NCBI GenBank assembly: GCA_009602725.1
Contig: WELB01000001.1
Span: 1,531,678 to 1,595,677, forward strand
Origin: Spirogloea muscicola
Lineage: Eukaryota
DNA length: 64,000 nt
Reading direction: 5' to 3'
Made by a program: the position numbers and the translations under genes. Each line of letters starts with the position of its first letter. Position 1 is the stretch's first letter. Below, in pieces: positions 10,750-24,764 of this stretch. The notes under the pieces are model-generated. The model ran no database searches, was not told the origin of the DNA, and was given only the letters and a program-made list of their open reading frames with translations.

Positions 10750-13700
10750 TCAGAACCAAGGCATCCACCATATGTACATCTTGCTGAGATTGTCATGCGA
10801 GACAGCAAGGGTGATAAGCCGGTGTGCTTGGCCCTCCACTGAGAGAGGGAGGGATGGGGCTACATTGACGCCCACCACAACCCCCTGCAGACGGTCCTTG
10901 ATATTTGCAAGTGCTCGCTGTGCAAGGAGGGCACACAGCAACCCCTTAATCAACATCATTTTGGATGATGACTACCATCTGCCACTGTTATCACTTGGGT
11001 TCTGCCACAATGCTAGGACCAACTTCGGTTCACCCTTTGAGTGTCTCACAAAATACAAGCAGTGAGACTGTTGGCTCCACATGCTTGGTCAAGCATTGCA
11101 TGTCATAACCTGCATCTATGCTCAGAGTGCTGAGACCTCATATTCACAGTGATCACACAGTTGAGTTGCAACCTAGCAAGCAACCGTATGCTCACCTGTG
11201 CATGGGGATTCTGTATCTCAGTGCCGCTAGACTTGTGAGATTTGGTCCACTCAACGAGGGGGTCGTGGATAAATGTTTCCAGCACGTTGATGAGGGTCTC
11301 TCGGTGGACCCGCAGCACGTTGAGGGTGATCTCGCATACCCGTAGAAAGACGCCTTCATAGCCAGTGATGCCCAGTCCATCTACCATATTCTGTGTCATC
11401 CCCCTTGCAAAAAGCAGTGGTGTGAGACAGGGACCTTCATTGCAGCAAACTTACTAGCAGTCACTACAAGCAGTCATAGGTAAACCCTGCTGCCCTGCTC
11501 CAGTTCTTGCAGTCCGCTGCCTACACACCTGTGTTAGACGGAAGGGCACAAGCTCCGGTTTCTCAAGAGCTAAGCCTTTGTCGAATAGGCAGCTGAAATC
11601 AACATGCACACAGGCTCCATCAGTGGAATCGAGCAATATGTTCTCCCCATGCCTGTCGCCGAGGCCCACAATGTGTCCCACCATGGACCATACTGCAGCT
11701 GTGTGGGCGAAATTCATGCCTGCTCGGAACCAGGCTGCTGGCTCTGTGAAGGTGTTGAGCAGCCACTTGTGAAACATGGGAGGAAACATGGAGAGTATTC
11801 TGCAGCCACCACACAATAATTTCAAGTCCAAGCATTGAGTGAAGTTAGCACTTCGGTTGTGCTGGCAATAGCTACTCATACATCCTGCATGTGTATAATG
11901 CTGTGGTTAAATAGGCTGACAGGTAGAGTAGGTGGTCAGACACCGCATCATTATACATATACATGCAGAAACAAGGTCACAGAGATGCACTGTTCAAGAC
12001 CTGGTACGAAAGGCCTCAGATCGATCAGCATCTGCCATTTGATCATATATCTTCTTGATTGTGGGATTTGTCTTTTGCCGGTCGAATTTACCACAAGCCA
12101 TGTAGATGTCCTGGGCGAGGAGATGACAAGGTCCACAACCATCAGCACTATTAGTGCACTGCCTTTCACTTGCTGGCCTGTAAAACCTGAGCAACAGAAT
12201 CTCCTAAAGAAGCAGGGACTCGTGGTGCCAAATTCATGACTTGACGAACGGGCCAAGAGAGGATGCCAGGGGTTTAGTGCAGTGTGTCTCGTAGCTATGT
12301 TACCTGCAGGATGTGGCGGAGGCCTCTTGTGTGCAATGTCCACTCAATCATTCCACAGTCCTCAGTCAAAGGTAGCACTGCAAATGTACGTATATGCAGG
12401 TTCCTCCTGCGACTAGCTGAATTTTTCGAAAGGAGACGGTTGATCATAGTAGTGAACTCCATCATACGAGCATCCTTTCTTAGGTCATCCTTAGGTTTGC
12501 ACAAGAAAGGATGCTCCCTGCCATCTGAACCCAGAAGCACAACCTGGATGGACAGCCATTTGCATCATCTCAATTGGGCTACCATGAAGCTCAACAGCCT
12601 GTGAAACGGCTAACCCAGAATAAGACTCCTACAAAATACCTGGGCTGTACATGTGTCCACAGCGTGGCGGACACATTTTGTCGTGTCATGCTTTTGCAGC
12701 AAAATCACCTTCTTGGGGCGCTGCAATGACTGCAGAATTTCAACGTCCTCACATATGCCAAGGATTGTGGCATGCTCCCCCACTGGAAAGGCGTTGAAGC
12801 CTCTGTCAGTAAGACCGTCAGGTGGCATTGCAACTGTCAGCGCCCTCTGCAATGGTAGCACAACATCCAGTGGCATCATCCGCTTCAGCTGTCCAAAGTC
12901 ACTGGAGATGCTCATCATTTTCTGCTTCGGCTGGCCTGAACATCCAACAAGCAGCCACATGCAGGATCACTGAAACTGGATGACAGACCCAGAACTTGTC
13001 CACCTATTAGCATCTTTGTCGATGCAAATAATAAGTCAATATTTAGTTGCTTAGATGTCGATCTTGGAGTTCTTGAAGACACGGACCAGCATGAAAGCAA
13101 AGGCGTATCATCTGCTCAATGAAGGCAGGAAACTGAGTGAAAAGAATGCGATCCTCATCCCTAATCAAGGAATTCTTTGCGCCGTCAAGTACGTCGGTAG
13201 CCGCCTGTCAAATGTCAAGGTCACCAAGTGAATCAGCAGATATACAATCTTATTGGCATCTCCATCTGCTCCAAGCATACATCAAAGGTACTGGACTAAT
13301 GGAGGCGTCATTTGACACACCTGCCGGCGTGCAGAAAGTGCAGACTTGGAGACTGCAGCCATTGTCCAGAGAGCTTGCTGGGGGTATCTTCTTAGGACCT
13401 CCATGATGAGCTGCTTTGTGAGCTCAAGCACTCCCTCATTCTGATGGCAGATACGAGAAACAAGCTGAGGAAGGGCAGTGAGCCATTGGTAGGCTGGCAG
13501 ATCCTCCTTGCACCCTCTTATGTAGGCCAAAATCTGCAGCAGCATCCAACTTTTGGACTGAGACTTGTTGCACACGGAGCATTATTAAGAGGTCAGGTAT
13601 CATTCCACGGGAAATAATGAAAGTCATCTAAAACCATATGGTCTGTGCTATGCAAGCATCTTGACCATGTCCACACCTTGTTATAGACTTGCTGCAACTC

Positions 13701-16700
13701 TTTGTCTTTTGCCAGCGCTGCTTTAGTGCACTTCGTTTCACATTCAAACCAAAGAGTGAGGACTCGTGGGAGGGCTTGATATAGATGTCGATGGCCACGA
13801 TGCAGAGCTCTCAGATAATGAGCGATAACTTCAGGCAGGTATAAGAACCAGGTCTTGTCATCTGCTCCAATTGCAGGACTTCTCGTGCCAGAACCCTTCT
13901 TTTGAGAGCTTGGAGCCTGCTCATGTGCTGTAATTAGTGTAACTTCGACATTTAAGCTGATCACAAGTAGTAACACATGGCGACATTCTCAGTTGTTGAT
14001 AAGGCAGTGGCGCATTTGCAGGGAAAAGAAGCCCTGTGGACATAACACATGCTTGATGATATGTGATGGTGTTGATGGTGGGATGACTCAACTGTATAGT
14101 CTGGTATGGCCTCATCTTGTCTTCGCCGTGCATCACAGAGCAGATCATCATAGTACTTAGCCATGTAAAAGAAAGCCTTCTCCCACTTTGGCTGGAGCTC
14201 CTTCACCCTCAGGTACAGTGCGACAACTTCCTCTTTCTGCTTCTGCCCTGTGTGATGCACCCACCTTGCAAGCTGCAAAAGTGTCTTGGCTGTCATCTGC
14301 ACCACCTGCTCTCCAGGTAGCTCCAGCTCCTGTTGCAAAGGGTTGTCCATCAAGCACACTGGAGTACAGTAAGAACACCTACTGCTGCAACTCAATGGAC
14401 ACAATCAAAGCATCTGTGCAAATTATTGCTCAAAGACAGCTGCAGAGGTTGCATTGTAGAGAACCAGAGTTGGTACCCTGACTGTTGTTGCACTCATGCT
14501 TGCACTGTGCTGGGCCACTTGCACGAGTCCTCCCAGGGCAGGTCTGGTAGCTTCTCCAAGAAGCTCATAAGATCCAGATGCCAATAGAGCTTCCTGCAAT
14601 TCTGCAATTGCCAGGTGACAGCAATCTGTTGCCCAAAGGAGCCTGGCACTTTCAAGATGCGAATTAGGAGCCCCATGTGCACGAGCCTCTAGGACGGCTC
14701 GTCTGGCAGTCTGATAGTGGCCAGCTTTCCTGCACATCTCTGCATACTTGAGCCAATACAAGCCAACCTCCAAGGGCATCTTCTTGTACTTGCATATCAG
14801 CCTGCGCAAGGAGAGAATTGGCTCTCTCGCCCACAGTGACGGTTGCGTGATCTTCAGACGACCATCCCAATCTCTCAAGAGTTGCCTATCAGTCTCCAGC
14901 CCTGCAGCTTCTGTTCCTGCCCTGAAACGGTGAAAATCCTCAAGCTCCCTGAGCATATGGAGACGTACGAGCAAGGGGTATGCACGTGAGTACGACTCCA
15001 TGCCTGCTGCAGCTAGTGGGGTCAAAAGGTTCACACGACAATGCTTCACTTGCTCTTCAAATGAAATGCTGGCTGTGTCCTTCCCACAATCTTGCGAGTG
15101 TATGCCTGCCAGAATGCTGGCAAGTGCTGTATTGAAATCAGGCCCAGTACTCCTGCTTGGTGGATTATCCTGACTTTCTGCAGATTCCAAGTACTCTTCA
15201 AGTCGGTCCGTGCCCTAGGCGCCAAGCAGCCTGGAGGCCGTATGTGGACCAAACCTTAGACTCGCTGGGAAGTCGAGCAATCAGCCCGTCCACCTGTGTA
15301 ATTAAGGCTTGGAGGTGGCCCATATTGAGCAAGCATCCCAGGACACCCTGATGAAGCTTCAGGCCATGGGGAGTGGTCTCCAGTGCCTGCCAATATTGAC
15401 CATTCAGTGTTCAGTCAGAAGAGTGGCGACATTGAGCCTGGCACAATGTACAGCTGCACTTTGCATGCGACCCGAAACAAGCATCTCAAACAGATGTGGA
15501 CCTGTTCATAGCATGTAAGCGCTTCTGCCCAGTTGCCGGCTTTCTCATGAATGAGCATTTGGTCCTGCAGGGATGTGATGGAACCCCGTAGGCGAGATAG
15601 CCCCGCTAAGCCGTCTGGCTCATCTAAGCCACTGTACATCTCCAGTAGGAAGGATACATCCTCTGCACAAAAGCTTCCACTCTTCTCAGCTGCCGGATTG
15701 AGGGTGCCGCATCTTTCTCTCACATGAAACTCAAAGTACAGCAGGGCTCGGGCATAGGCCTTGCATCTATATGATGCTCGAGCCAAAGCTTCCTTAGGAA
15801 TTGCTGCAAGTAGCTCCTCTACATGCTGGCACTGCAAAGCCTTATCTTCAATCTTCCTGCTCCTTGACTTGGACTTGAAGTCCTCAGCTTGCTGAGCAGA
15901 GTCCTGTCGTAAATTTTGCTTGGTTCTGTCTACCCATTGGCTTAAGCTGTCAAGGAGGGTGAATATCAACTGAGTGGCGACCTCCCAGACACTTGCATCT
16001 GAATCAGCATCTGCAGCACCAACATTCACTATTCCATGGGAAGATGCTTCTCTATCTTCGCTTGTGGAAGGCGCCACAAGCACTGCCAAGATTCCCTGGC
16101 AGACCTCGTCCTTTGCAGCCTGATTGCCCGTGGAGATGACATCAAGGACAATATAAGGAAGGAGAAAGAGCGCCACACCCATGTCGTTTTTGAAAATTGC
16201 CTTGCAGCACACGAAAATCTTCGACCTTGATGAGCTAGCCAGTGAAAGAAGGTGTCTGCCCCAAAGATAGACCCATCGACGAAAAGTGAGCCCATGGGAA
16301 TAAAGAGGTCCTGGAACTGCTGATCCATGATTGCTCTTAGGCCTGCTCAACACGAATCTGGACGTGAGACAGGGAGCAATGATATCTCTGACATCCTCTG
16401 AGAACCTCTGCCAAAGCTGTTCTCCCCTTCTGCTGGAGGCAGCCCCTCCTCTCTCCAAACGGAGGTCGTCACAGTGAGGACCTGATCTTGAGGTTCCGTT
16501 TCGGCCCCGCACAGAAGGCATGATCTGGCCCGTGCATGGTGGGGCACACCCACACAGTTTCAGCAGCTCCTGTATAGCCAAGGCAGCAGAATCCTGCACC
16601 TCACCATCTGGGGCTGACCGAAACGCCTTCGCCAAGTGCTCATTGATAAGCTCAAAAATAAGGTCATCATCATCTCGATCTATATGAGGACGTTGCGGCA

Positions 16701-19700
16701 ACTCCACCTGAAACATCAGTTGGCATGTCGTGAGTGGTCAAACAAGACAAGCAAACTACTTCAGAAGCCTGCAAGCAATCAAGCAATCAGCAAGAATCAT
16801 CACTGACGCTTCTGTGTGTATCAAGGTCGACAAGCACTTTCAGCACCTATTGTTGTTTGTGGTTGTGGACATTCTCAAACTAAACAACCTACCACCACCT
16901 AAGCTGATGGGTTAGATTCTTGTAAGCTGGACTTGACCTGAAGTCTGCCTGGATCGACTGCTCCCAATTCACCAAGACATTCTGCACAGAGTAGCCTCAG
17001 GCGCTGGCTAAGAGGGCTTCTGGAGTCCAAGATACAAATTCGGAGAAGGGCAGCCACAAGCTGGCTAATTGCTTCTGCTTGTGAACTGCTCTCCGTGGTG
17101 ACCAGAGTGTCAACGCCATGTCTGTGCTCTCTGATTAACTTCTTGAGCTCAATTGCCGCCACATAATTGATACTAAGAGTCTCGTGTCTAAGTCCCTCTG
17201 TGGCTTGCTGCAACTGCATGCCAGCAGAAGATAGACAACAGGTAGCACTGACACGGTCAATGCCACAATCCAACTTTCGGAAGTAGCCCTACAGCTTGAT
17301 TCCATATCTGATATTCCAGTCATCCTCTGATGCGAAGCAGAAGTAAGTGCTGACACTGGATAAGCACAATACCTGCTGGCACAAGCTGAGGCTGCCCCGA
17401 ACCTCTTGCAGCACACTGTTGACGTTTTTCAGTGCTTCTAGCCTTGGGAGGAGAGGAAGCTCCTTCAATTTGTCTCGTAGAATATCCTTATTCTTAACAG
17501 CAAGCTCTTCCAACACGTCTGCAGTCGCGGCAATTTTGACCTCATCCTTGCCATCATCTGCAAGCTCAAGGCACGGCAACACAGCTACCACGATCTGGCT
17601 AGCAATGGAACGCAGCTTCAGAGGCGCCACTGTGGCAAGAATGCGAATGAAACGTCGCCACACACCCAGAGCTTGTACTTGCAGGGCTGCAACCTGCCAT
17701 GACAATCTGGGGCGATGAGAAGCAGACATGGCTTCCAAACATGCAGTATCAATAATGAGCACTCACAATACTACCCCCAGCAGGCCACTGCTTGGACCTG
17801 GTAAGGAGGCCTGACAGTAGTGGAACAAAACTAATGAGGATTGCTTGACCTCTTGTGCTGCTTCCAACATAGTGTGTCTTACCTCCAAAGCATTTGTCAA
17901 AAGGCCAGTGAATTTTGGTACAAATGCACTAAGATGAGGCCCGATGAAGTCTGCTAGTTTGTCAATGCATCTCAGGCCCTTCCGCTTCAACTCATGCTCA
18001 TTGGCACGTAGAAGTTTGTACTCGATGCTATTTAAGATGCCCACAAGATACTCGCGCAAAAACGAAGGGAGGTCCTCTGAATTAGACATTATCCTGGTAA
18101 TCTTGTTGAACGTGGAAGCCACTCGTTCTGACCTGCATATCAGCAAATCTGTCAATAAAATTTGTAGAAAAGGGACTGACACTGCGGCTCAAGCTGCAAC
18201 AACTTCATTCACTTCATGCTAATTTGTACAATGCTTTATTTGCAAGTAATCATAGGCAGCTGGCTGCCAAAGATCAGGTTCAGTTCCTTCAGTCTTCTGA
18301 GCTTGACTTTCAAAGGCCATCGTTCATACCTGTGTGGATTTTCAGAAGTCTTAGCATCGCCAAGAATGAAAACAAGCTCCACAAGTAGGGCTTCAATAAC
18401 TGCTCAAAAGAGGTCCAGGTACCCACTGGCTGTGACTTCTTCATAGAAACTCAGTACTCTGAGCAATACGCCGCTGTCTGCTTGAAGGAGAGCACAGGCA
18501 AGCACCTTATGCGCCCAATCCACCAGCAACTGGGGAAGCTCTAAGTCTAATACCTCTGCAATCCTCCTCAGCACAGCCAAGGCCTGCAGCAGAGGACATT
18601 TATTTTCAATACACATTTGCAATGGCTAACAGGTTTGAGAGACATTCTTCCAGTAGATGGCTGCGGAAGAACACTATGCTGAGCAAAGCTTGAAACATAC
18701 CTGCTCATTACCGTGCTGCTCAATGACTAGCTTTGGAATCACCATGGGAGTCATTGACTTGACAAGCTCCTTGAGTGATACACTCATGACCTCCTCAGCA
18801 AATACCATAACGAGCACTGGTTGACTTATGAGACAGCTGCTCAGGTAGTCATATAGTTCCTCCTTGAATGTCTCAAGCATCCCATGTACACTGCAAGCAT
18901 GGTAACCATGAGAGAAAAGAGTGCATATACCGTTAGTAATTAACCACTCATTGCCAACTTCGAAAGGCTAGCAGTCCTGCATGACTAGCTTCTTGGCACT
19001 TACTTAATTGTCACCTCGTTTCATACTAAACAATGCCTGACGAGAGAAAATTATTTTGCTGTGAAGTGCCAGTCCAGATGGTTGTGCAGCAATACGACCA
19101 ATACAAGAGGAAGTATATTGAGCACATGCTTGCTCGTGAGGGTAATGTACCTTGAGGGACAAGACTTGGGCCAGTGCAAGCAAGCAATCTGCTTGATACT
19201 ATCAATGGCAGCACTTGTGAGAACAGGGAGGGAGCTGTCCAGCTGTTCCAGTAGTAGAACCAAGCAGAAGAAGAGTAGCTCGCTTCCCTTTGCACAGGCC
19301 CTTGCAACTTCTTTAACTGCAGTCATTAGGGTCTGCCTAATCTCTGGTTCCTTTGCATTCCGGAAGTGCGATCGAAGATTGCTAAGCATCTCCAGTGCCT
19401 GCCTCTTTACTTCTGTAGCATCTGTCAGCTCAAAATTGCTGCCAGCTTGCTCAGACATATCCCCAAAGAGGCCTTCTAATGCACTCAATGACATGAACCT
19501 GCCTGTCAGGTGAAGAGTGTGTGCAACAGATAGTAATATCAGAGGTTGGCAGCCCACCTGCCTGCAGAGCAGAATACTTGAACCAACTCGGGCACAGGCG
19601 TAAGCACATTGCTCAGGACTACCTCTTATACACATAGCACTGGTGTATATGCAAGTGATAGCAGCTTGAGAGGAGAACGAAAGTAGACGGGAACACGACA

Positions 19701-22700
19701 CAGCAGTGAGGGGGGAGGACTCAACGGCAGGGGCCACAAGGAGGATTCTGAGTGAAATGCGTGCCTGCAATTGAGCCGAAAGCAGCTCGGACTGGCCAAT
19801 CTGGGTGAAGGGGTTCTTGGTCCAAGAATTGCAACCAGATTCTGCTTCCCTGCTTAAGAACCTCTGGCAGTGCATGGCGTAGAATGCGGCCACCAGAGAG
19901 GACGAATTCTGCCTGCACCTTTGCACTTGGCTCCTCAAACAGTAGCTGCTGCGATAGGGACTGCCATAGGATAGATACATCAGGATCCTCACAGTGATGG
20001 ACTGGCTCAGCTGCCAGTACACCTCCAATTTCAACCTCTGCTGAACCAGGAGGAGTACGTAAATATGGTGCTCGATTGTGAGCATCACAGAGACTACAAG
20101 AGGGGTGCTCCAAGGAGGCACATGCAGCAGCTGGCCCAAGTACTGAATCTATCTCCTGTTTCCTGCTGAACTTGTTGCTTTCGATCCATCCACTCTGATG
20201 TGTGTGCTTGAGGCACTTCACTGTGCACCCAGCAGAACAGCAACCCGCAAGGCCAATAGCCCTGGCAACACTCCAACGAACAGTATCTGCGGGATCCCTT
20301 GCTAGCGATCTGGCAGAAAAGCAAAGCAATAATTGGGGTTTAGGGTTCAGGAATTAGGCTTTGGTGTATAAGTTAGCAGGCAGAAGGACCAAGAACTGCT
20401 TGGCCATACTTCCTCAATGGTACCCAAGCTTGCAGGACCTGGACTTGTAGTAACCTAACCCCATCCCAGCACACCTCTTCAAAGCACAAGCTCAAATATA
20501 ACGCATATGTGGCAGGACAGCCTCAGTTGTTCCTCGTAGCGCGTACCTTACAGACATCCAAAATTGTGTAATACTGGCCTTGTCCAGAAGGGGAACTAGA
20601 CCTGCAATCAGGATAACTGATGCAGCCCTTAGCTGGGCCTCCTTGTCCTCCAGGCCTGCTCTCAGTACTTTCTGCAGAACTTCCTCCTCCAGAGTAGCAT
20701 TATATGCAGACGCTGCCAATCGAGTTGCCCTCAACCTTATCTTTAGCATCCCAATTTCAGAGTGTATGTCATCAAGTGTCAGAGACCACGGAAGGAGAAG
20801 GAATCTCCCAAATGCCGTGGGTTCCCACAGGTCTTCTCGCAGCAGGTCTTCCCACCTGAGAACGCTTCGTTGGCGGCTTTCGTGGAGCGAAGGTCTTGTA
20901 GCTGAGCACGAGAAAGAACAAAGTACGCAAAGATTCATGTCACATGAAGTTTGATTGGCATGGCCATGCACAGGCCTGTCTTACCTTATCAATAAGAAAT
21001 CCGACTTGCACGACTGATTCGCATGCATCCTCTTCTCACTCACCATGCCAAGCCAGGAGCTTGTCAATGGCTTCAAAAAGGAGACCAAGGAGCTGTACGG
21101 TCTGACTTGTCAACTCAGTCTCCTTCAGGATGAAATAAGGGCGTGTTAGTTTTCCTTCTGCACACCTTGCATGATCATGAAGCATCCGCAGCTATCCCCC
21201 AAAGAGTGCATGTGCAGACTTACCAGCTTGCTTCAAACAATAATCCACCTGCCAATGTGCTTGACTACCATCTTCCAACAGTAGCTCCCAGGTAAGGGGG
21301 CAAAGACATTTGCCATTGCTCTCAAGGCTGTCAGAGCTGGCAAAGTCCCGTCTGCATTCAATTCCAGTTGTGTACTTGCCATGTCATCAAGGTACTCGCA
21401 GATTGCTTCAAAGCTTGCAACATAAGAGTTTCTTATATCCTTGTGGGCAATGTGGTCTTGTTCATCAGTGCCAGTTAAATTGTCAGGGCAGTCTGCATGT
21501 GTTGATATAGGTTCAGGAGCTCCTGCAGCGATTTCTGTGCCAGCATCCGGCAAGCCCGACAATTCAGGTACACTGGTTTGCAGCTTTCGCTTCCTTGGAT
21601 TCACCAAAACAATGTCTGCTGTGGTAAGTGCTCTGCTGATGGCGGGGGGCTTCGACTTCAGTGGCCTCTGTCTGGCTTGCTCTTCTGATACATGAGCAAG
21701 CTTTGCAAGAGCACTGCTACTCATGCTTTCAATGGCACCAGGATCTTGCAAAAAGAGAGGATTGGTGTCTACTACATGTTGCACAATCTGACTTATTGCG
21801 AGACTAATATCCGGCTGACAGATATGACGAATGATAGATGATATTTGTCTGCCACGCCAAGGTTGGTCTCTGAAGAAGTGTCCAAGCAATTTGCATAATG
21901 TGACCTGGCAGTCAACAAAATCAGGCTGGTCAGGCTAATAATGACGTCTGATGCAACAGAAGCTGGGTGCATTGCTACATCACTTGAAGAACCCTCGGTG
22001 CAGCTTGTGTGCAATTCGAGTATGTCTTGCTCAGATGATCATCAGATAGCCGGCGTGGGGAACAGATGAATAAACTGCGGCTGACCTTCAGACTGGAATT
22101 GCTCCCTGCATGTACTGTAAAGGTCAGTGTCAAAATCAAGTAATGGCAGAGCACTGGATCCATTGATCTGCTTGAGCCCCACAAAGCCTCAAGAGACCTT
22201 CCAAGGGCTACATCGGAGCCGAATGACCTTCACAAACGTGCAGGAAGCAAAAGTACTCAGACATAAGGTCCTGCATGCATGCTTGAAGAGATGAGAAGAA
22301 GTGTTGAAAACTTGCAGCTGCATAACAAGCCAAGCTGCAACAAGTTCTCACTGGCATAATTACTAGTTCGGCACTGCTATGGCCAAGTCATTGCTGCACA
22401 CTTCAGTCATGTGCAAAAAGCCCTGGCTTGCCTGAAGGTTGCTGAAGAGCTCCTGCTGTAAGACTTCAGTAAAGCTATCATGTATGAGACAAGGTCCTCT
22501 ACAGGACACAACTTGTCACCAAGCACTGTCAACAAGACATGCAAAAGTTCAAAACAAGCCTGCACCAATTGCAGTAGGTCTGGCTCAGCTTGCTGTCACT
22601 ATGCATATACAAATTACGCCCAAATTTACTAGCATCGAGGTGGCCACTGACCATGCACAAGCGTGTTCACTTTTCAATGGTGCTGACCAATCTTGCGAGG

Positions 22701-24650
22701 GAGTGTGAGTAAATGTTTTTATAATACATATAAAACATAATATACAGCAAGCTTGCTTCCAAGGGGGTACAGCATGAGTCAGACAGCAGCCATATAATTT
22801 AATATATAACGCGTCCTTTTGAAGACCTCTTGCTCGTCCTGATAAAGAAGCACCAAATTGACGTGGAAGAGCCAGTATGACCGCACCTGTCACATTGGCT
22901 TTGGTCGCTTCACATTACCTTGTGCAGTGATGGTTCGTCGAAGGAAAGGAAGGACATCAAGATGTCGAATGTGGTAGGTCCAACAAGGCCTGAGATGTGA
23001 GAAGCTCCCTCCATGAGACAGTGATGGGCCAGGTCAATCATCCAAGTTGCCACTGGCTGCCATCGTTCCTTCCCAGTCAAGTTCAGCATGACACCAGGCA
23101 AGGATATTCTATCCGGCCAGAGTGCGGAGATGTCATCAGAAGCATTCTCCACGGCAGCAAGATATGTGCTGCTAAACGCTTGAACTGAAACCTCTGTGCA
23201 GTCAGTGAAGAGGGAGGGCTTGGAGAAGAATGAAGCGACTGAAACGAGATCTGTCACAAACAGGACAGGGTGTCTCGTTGAGAAGGCCTCCTTCATGGCT
23301 TCACAGGTTTGTATGCTCCAGCTTAACCAAAAGCACACCCGATTGTCTTCCTACCTTCGAGTAAGCGGAGAAGATCAACAAAGAATGATATGTACAGCTG
23401 TCGATTCTCTTTCCATAGGAGAGACAGGAGACCAGCAAGTGCTTCAGATAGAGGCTGCCCCATGCCCCTGCTTTATTGTTCACGACGAAGGTACAACAAT
23501 ACTATCTGTCAGCATTTATTTCTCCGTATTTGTGGCAACTCTACAGGTACGTCAACAGAGAGAAGGAACTCATGTGCTACTCAATCCATCAGCAGAGCTG
23601 CTCAATCATCAGCTGTCGAAGGTTGTTGAAAATTTCTGTAATGCACAAGAAGGTACAATTGCCCATCTAGTTAGCTCCATGACTGCCAGCCAAACACCTC
23701 GACATACTTGTATAGCTGCTCAGCAAAGCAGGGCAGGAGGTAGCTTATGACAAGCAGGATGGTGGCAGCTCCATCTGAGCATTGGAAGACGCCAGGGCAG
23801 TGTTTGGTAATGTGCGCAAGGAGCTTCAAGACAGCCAGCAGTTCCCGCTCCTTGACACCTGCCAATTGTGCAGGGAAGTCTTGATTCCAGAGAAACAACT
23901 TTACTACGAGCAGCTACTACCTTACGCAATGTGCCTTTCACTGACGACCTATCCGGTGCACAAAGACAGTATGACAAATCTAGACACCTGTGGCCTGCCA
24001 GCTTCAGTCACTCTACAAGGTCATGCAAGCTGTGGTGCCACTGTAATCCAGCTGACGAATTGTGCGACTTAGTGCTGCCTGCCAACACAGCTGATACTGT
24101 GGAACAGCCAGGCAAGCCTTCCTGGCCTGACTGATGCTCCACAGAGGGGCTAGTGTTTCAGAAAGACCAGAAGTGGCAGGATCACAGCTGTGTGCACTCT
24201 TCCATAATACTTGTCCAAGAGCCTCTGTACGGTTGGGCAAAGCATTGCTGACCATGATGCAAATAACCAAGGCAGGTGCATATCAATATACAATCTCAAG
24301 AAGACTTGATTGCCTGGCAGCTGAGTGGATTCAAGACGGTCAATACGAGCAGCCAAAGCAAAGCAAAAGCGACTGTACAAGTGTAAGGTGATCTTTGCAG
24401 TCTGTACAGCCAAGCATGGAGTGACACAAATTGGCTTACTAGCGCCATTGGCCGGCGCGAAGAAGCGCCTCATGATTTTAGGGAGGGCGGCGCGGAAGCG
24501 GGCCTCCACGGAGCGGAGCTCTGGCGCCGGGGCCTCGCGAGCAGTGAGGCCGACCAGCTCCTGCAGCAGCGCGAAGAAGTCGGGCATGGCGGCAGCGTTG
24601 CGATCGCTAGCGGCGGCATCGCCGTCTCGGGGCGGCCCCCCGGCCGCCAT
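10750..24650 (-). CDS. ATR: ATR serine/threonine kinase (PIKK family), many exons; disabled in this assembly by a stop and a frameshift
   Basis: N-terminus VEARFRAALPK...ERELLAVLKLLAH; FAT region LARASYRCKAYARALLYFE; kinase motifs FLCKPKDDLRKDARMMEF and GLGDRHGENILLDSTDGACVHVDFSCLF; FATC end LSVEGQAHRLI...NLSKMYIWWMPWF* at 10750. Start ATG at 24650 or the next Met. Confidence 0.96.
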
Positions 24651-24764
24651 TGTGAGCGGCGAGTCGTCGCGACGCAGCGGGAACGAGCCGGGCCCGGAGC
24701 GGGGCGCCGGGAGCCGCGCGCGGTCGCCGGTTCGACTCCCGTCGGCGACTGCCTCTGCCCATCC

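Noticed and set aside
21220..21250. Possible third ATR stop (WIIV*SKL before a GTAAGT donor)
   Set aside because: An upstream donor (GGCAG|GTGGAT) gives an in-frame junction, so it is ambiguous without transcripts.
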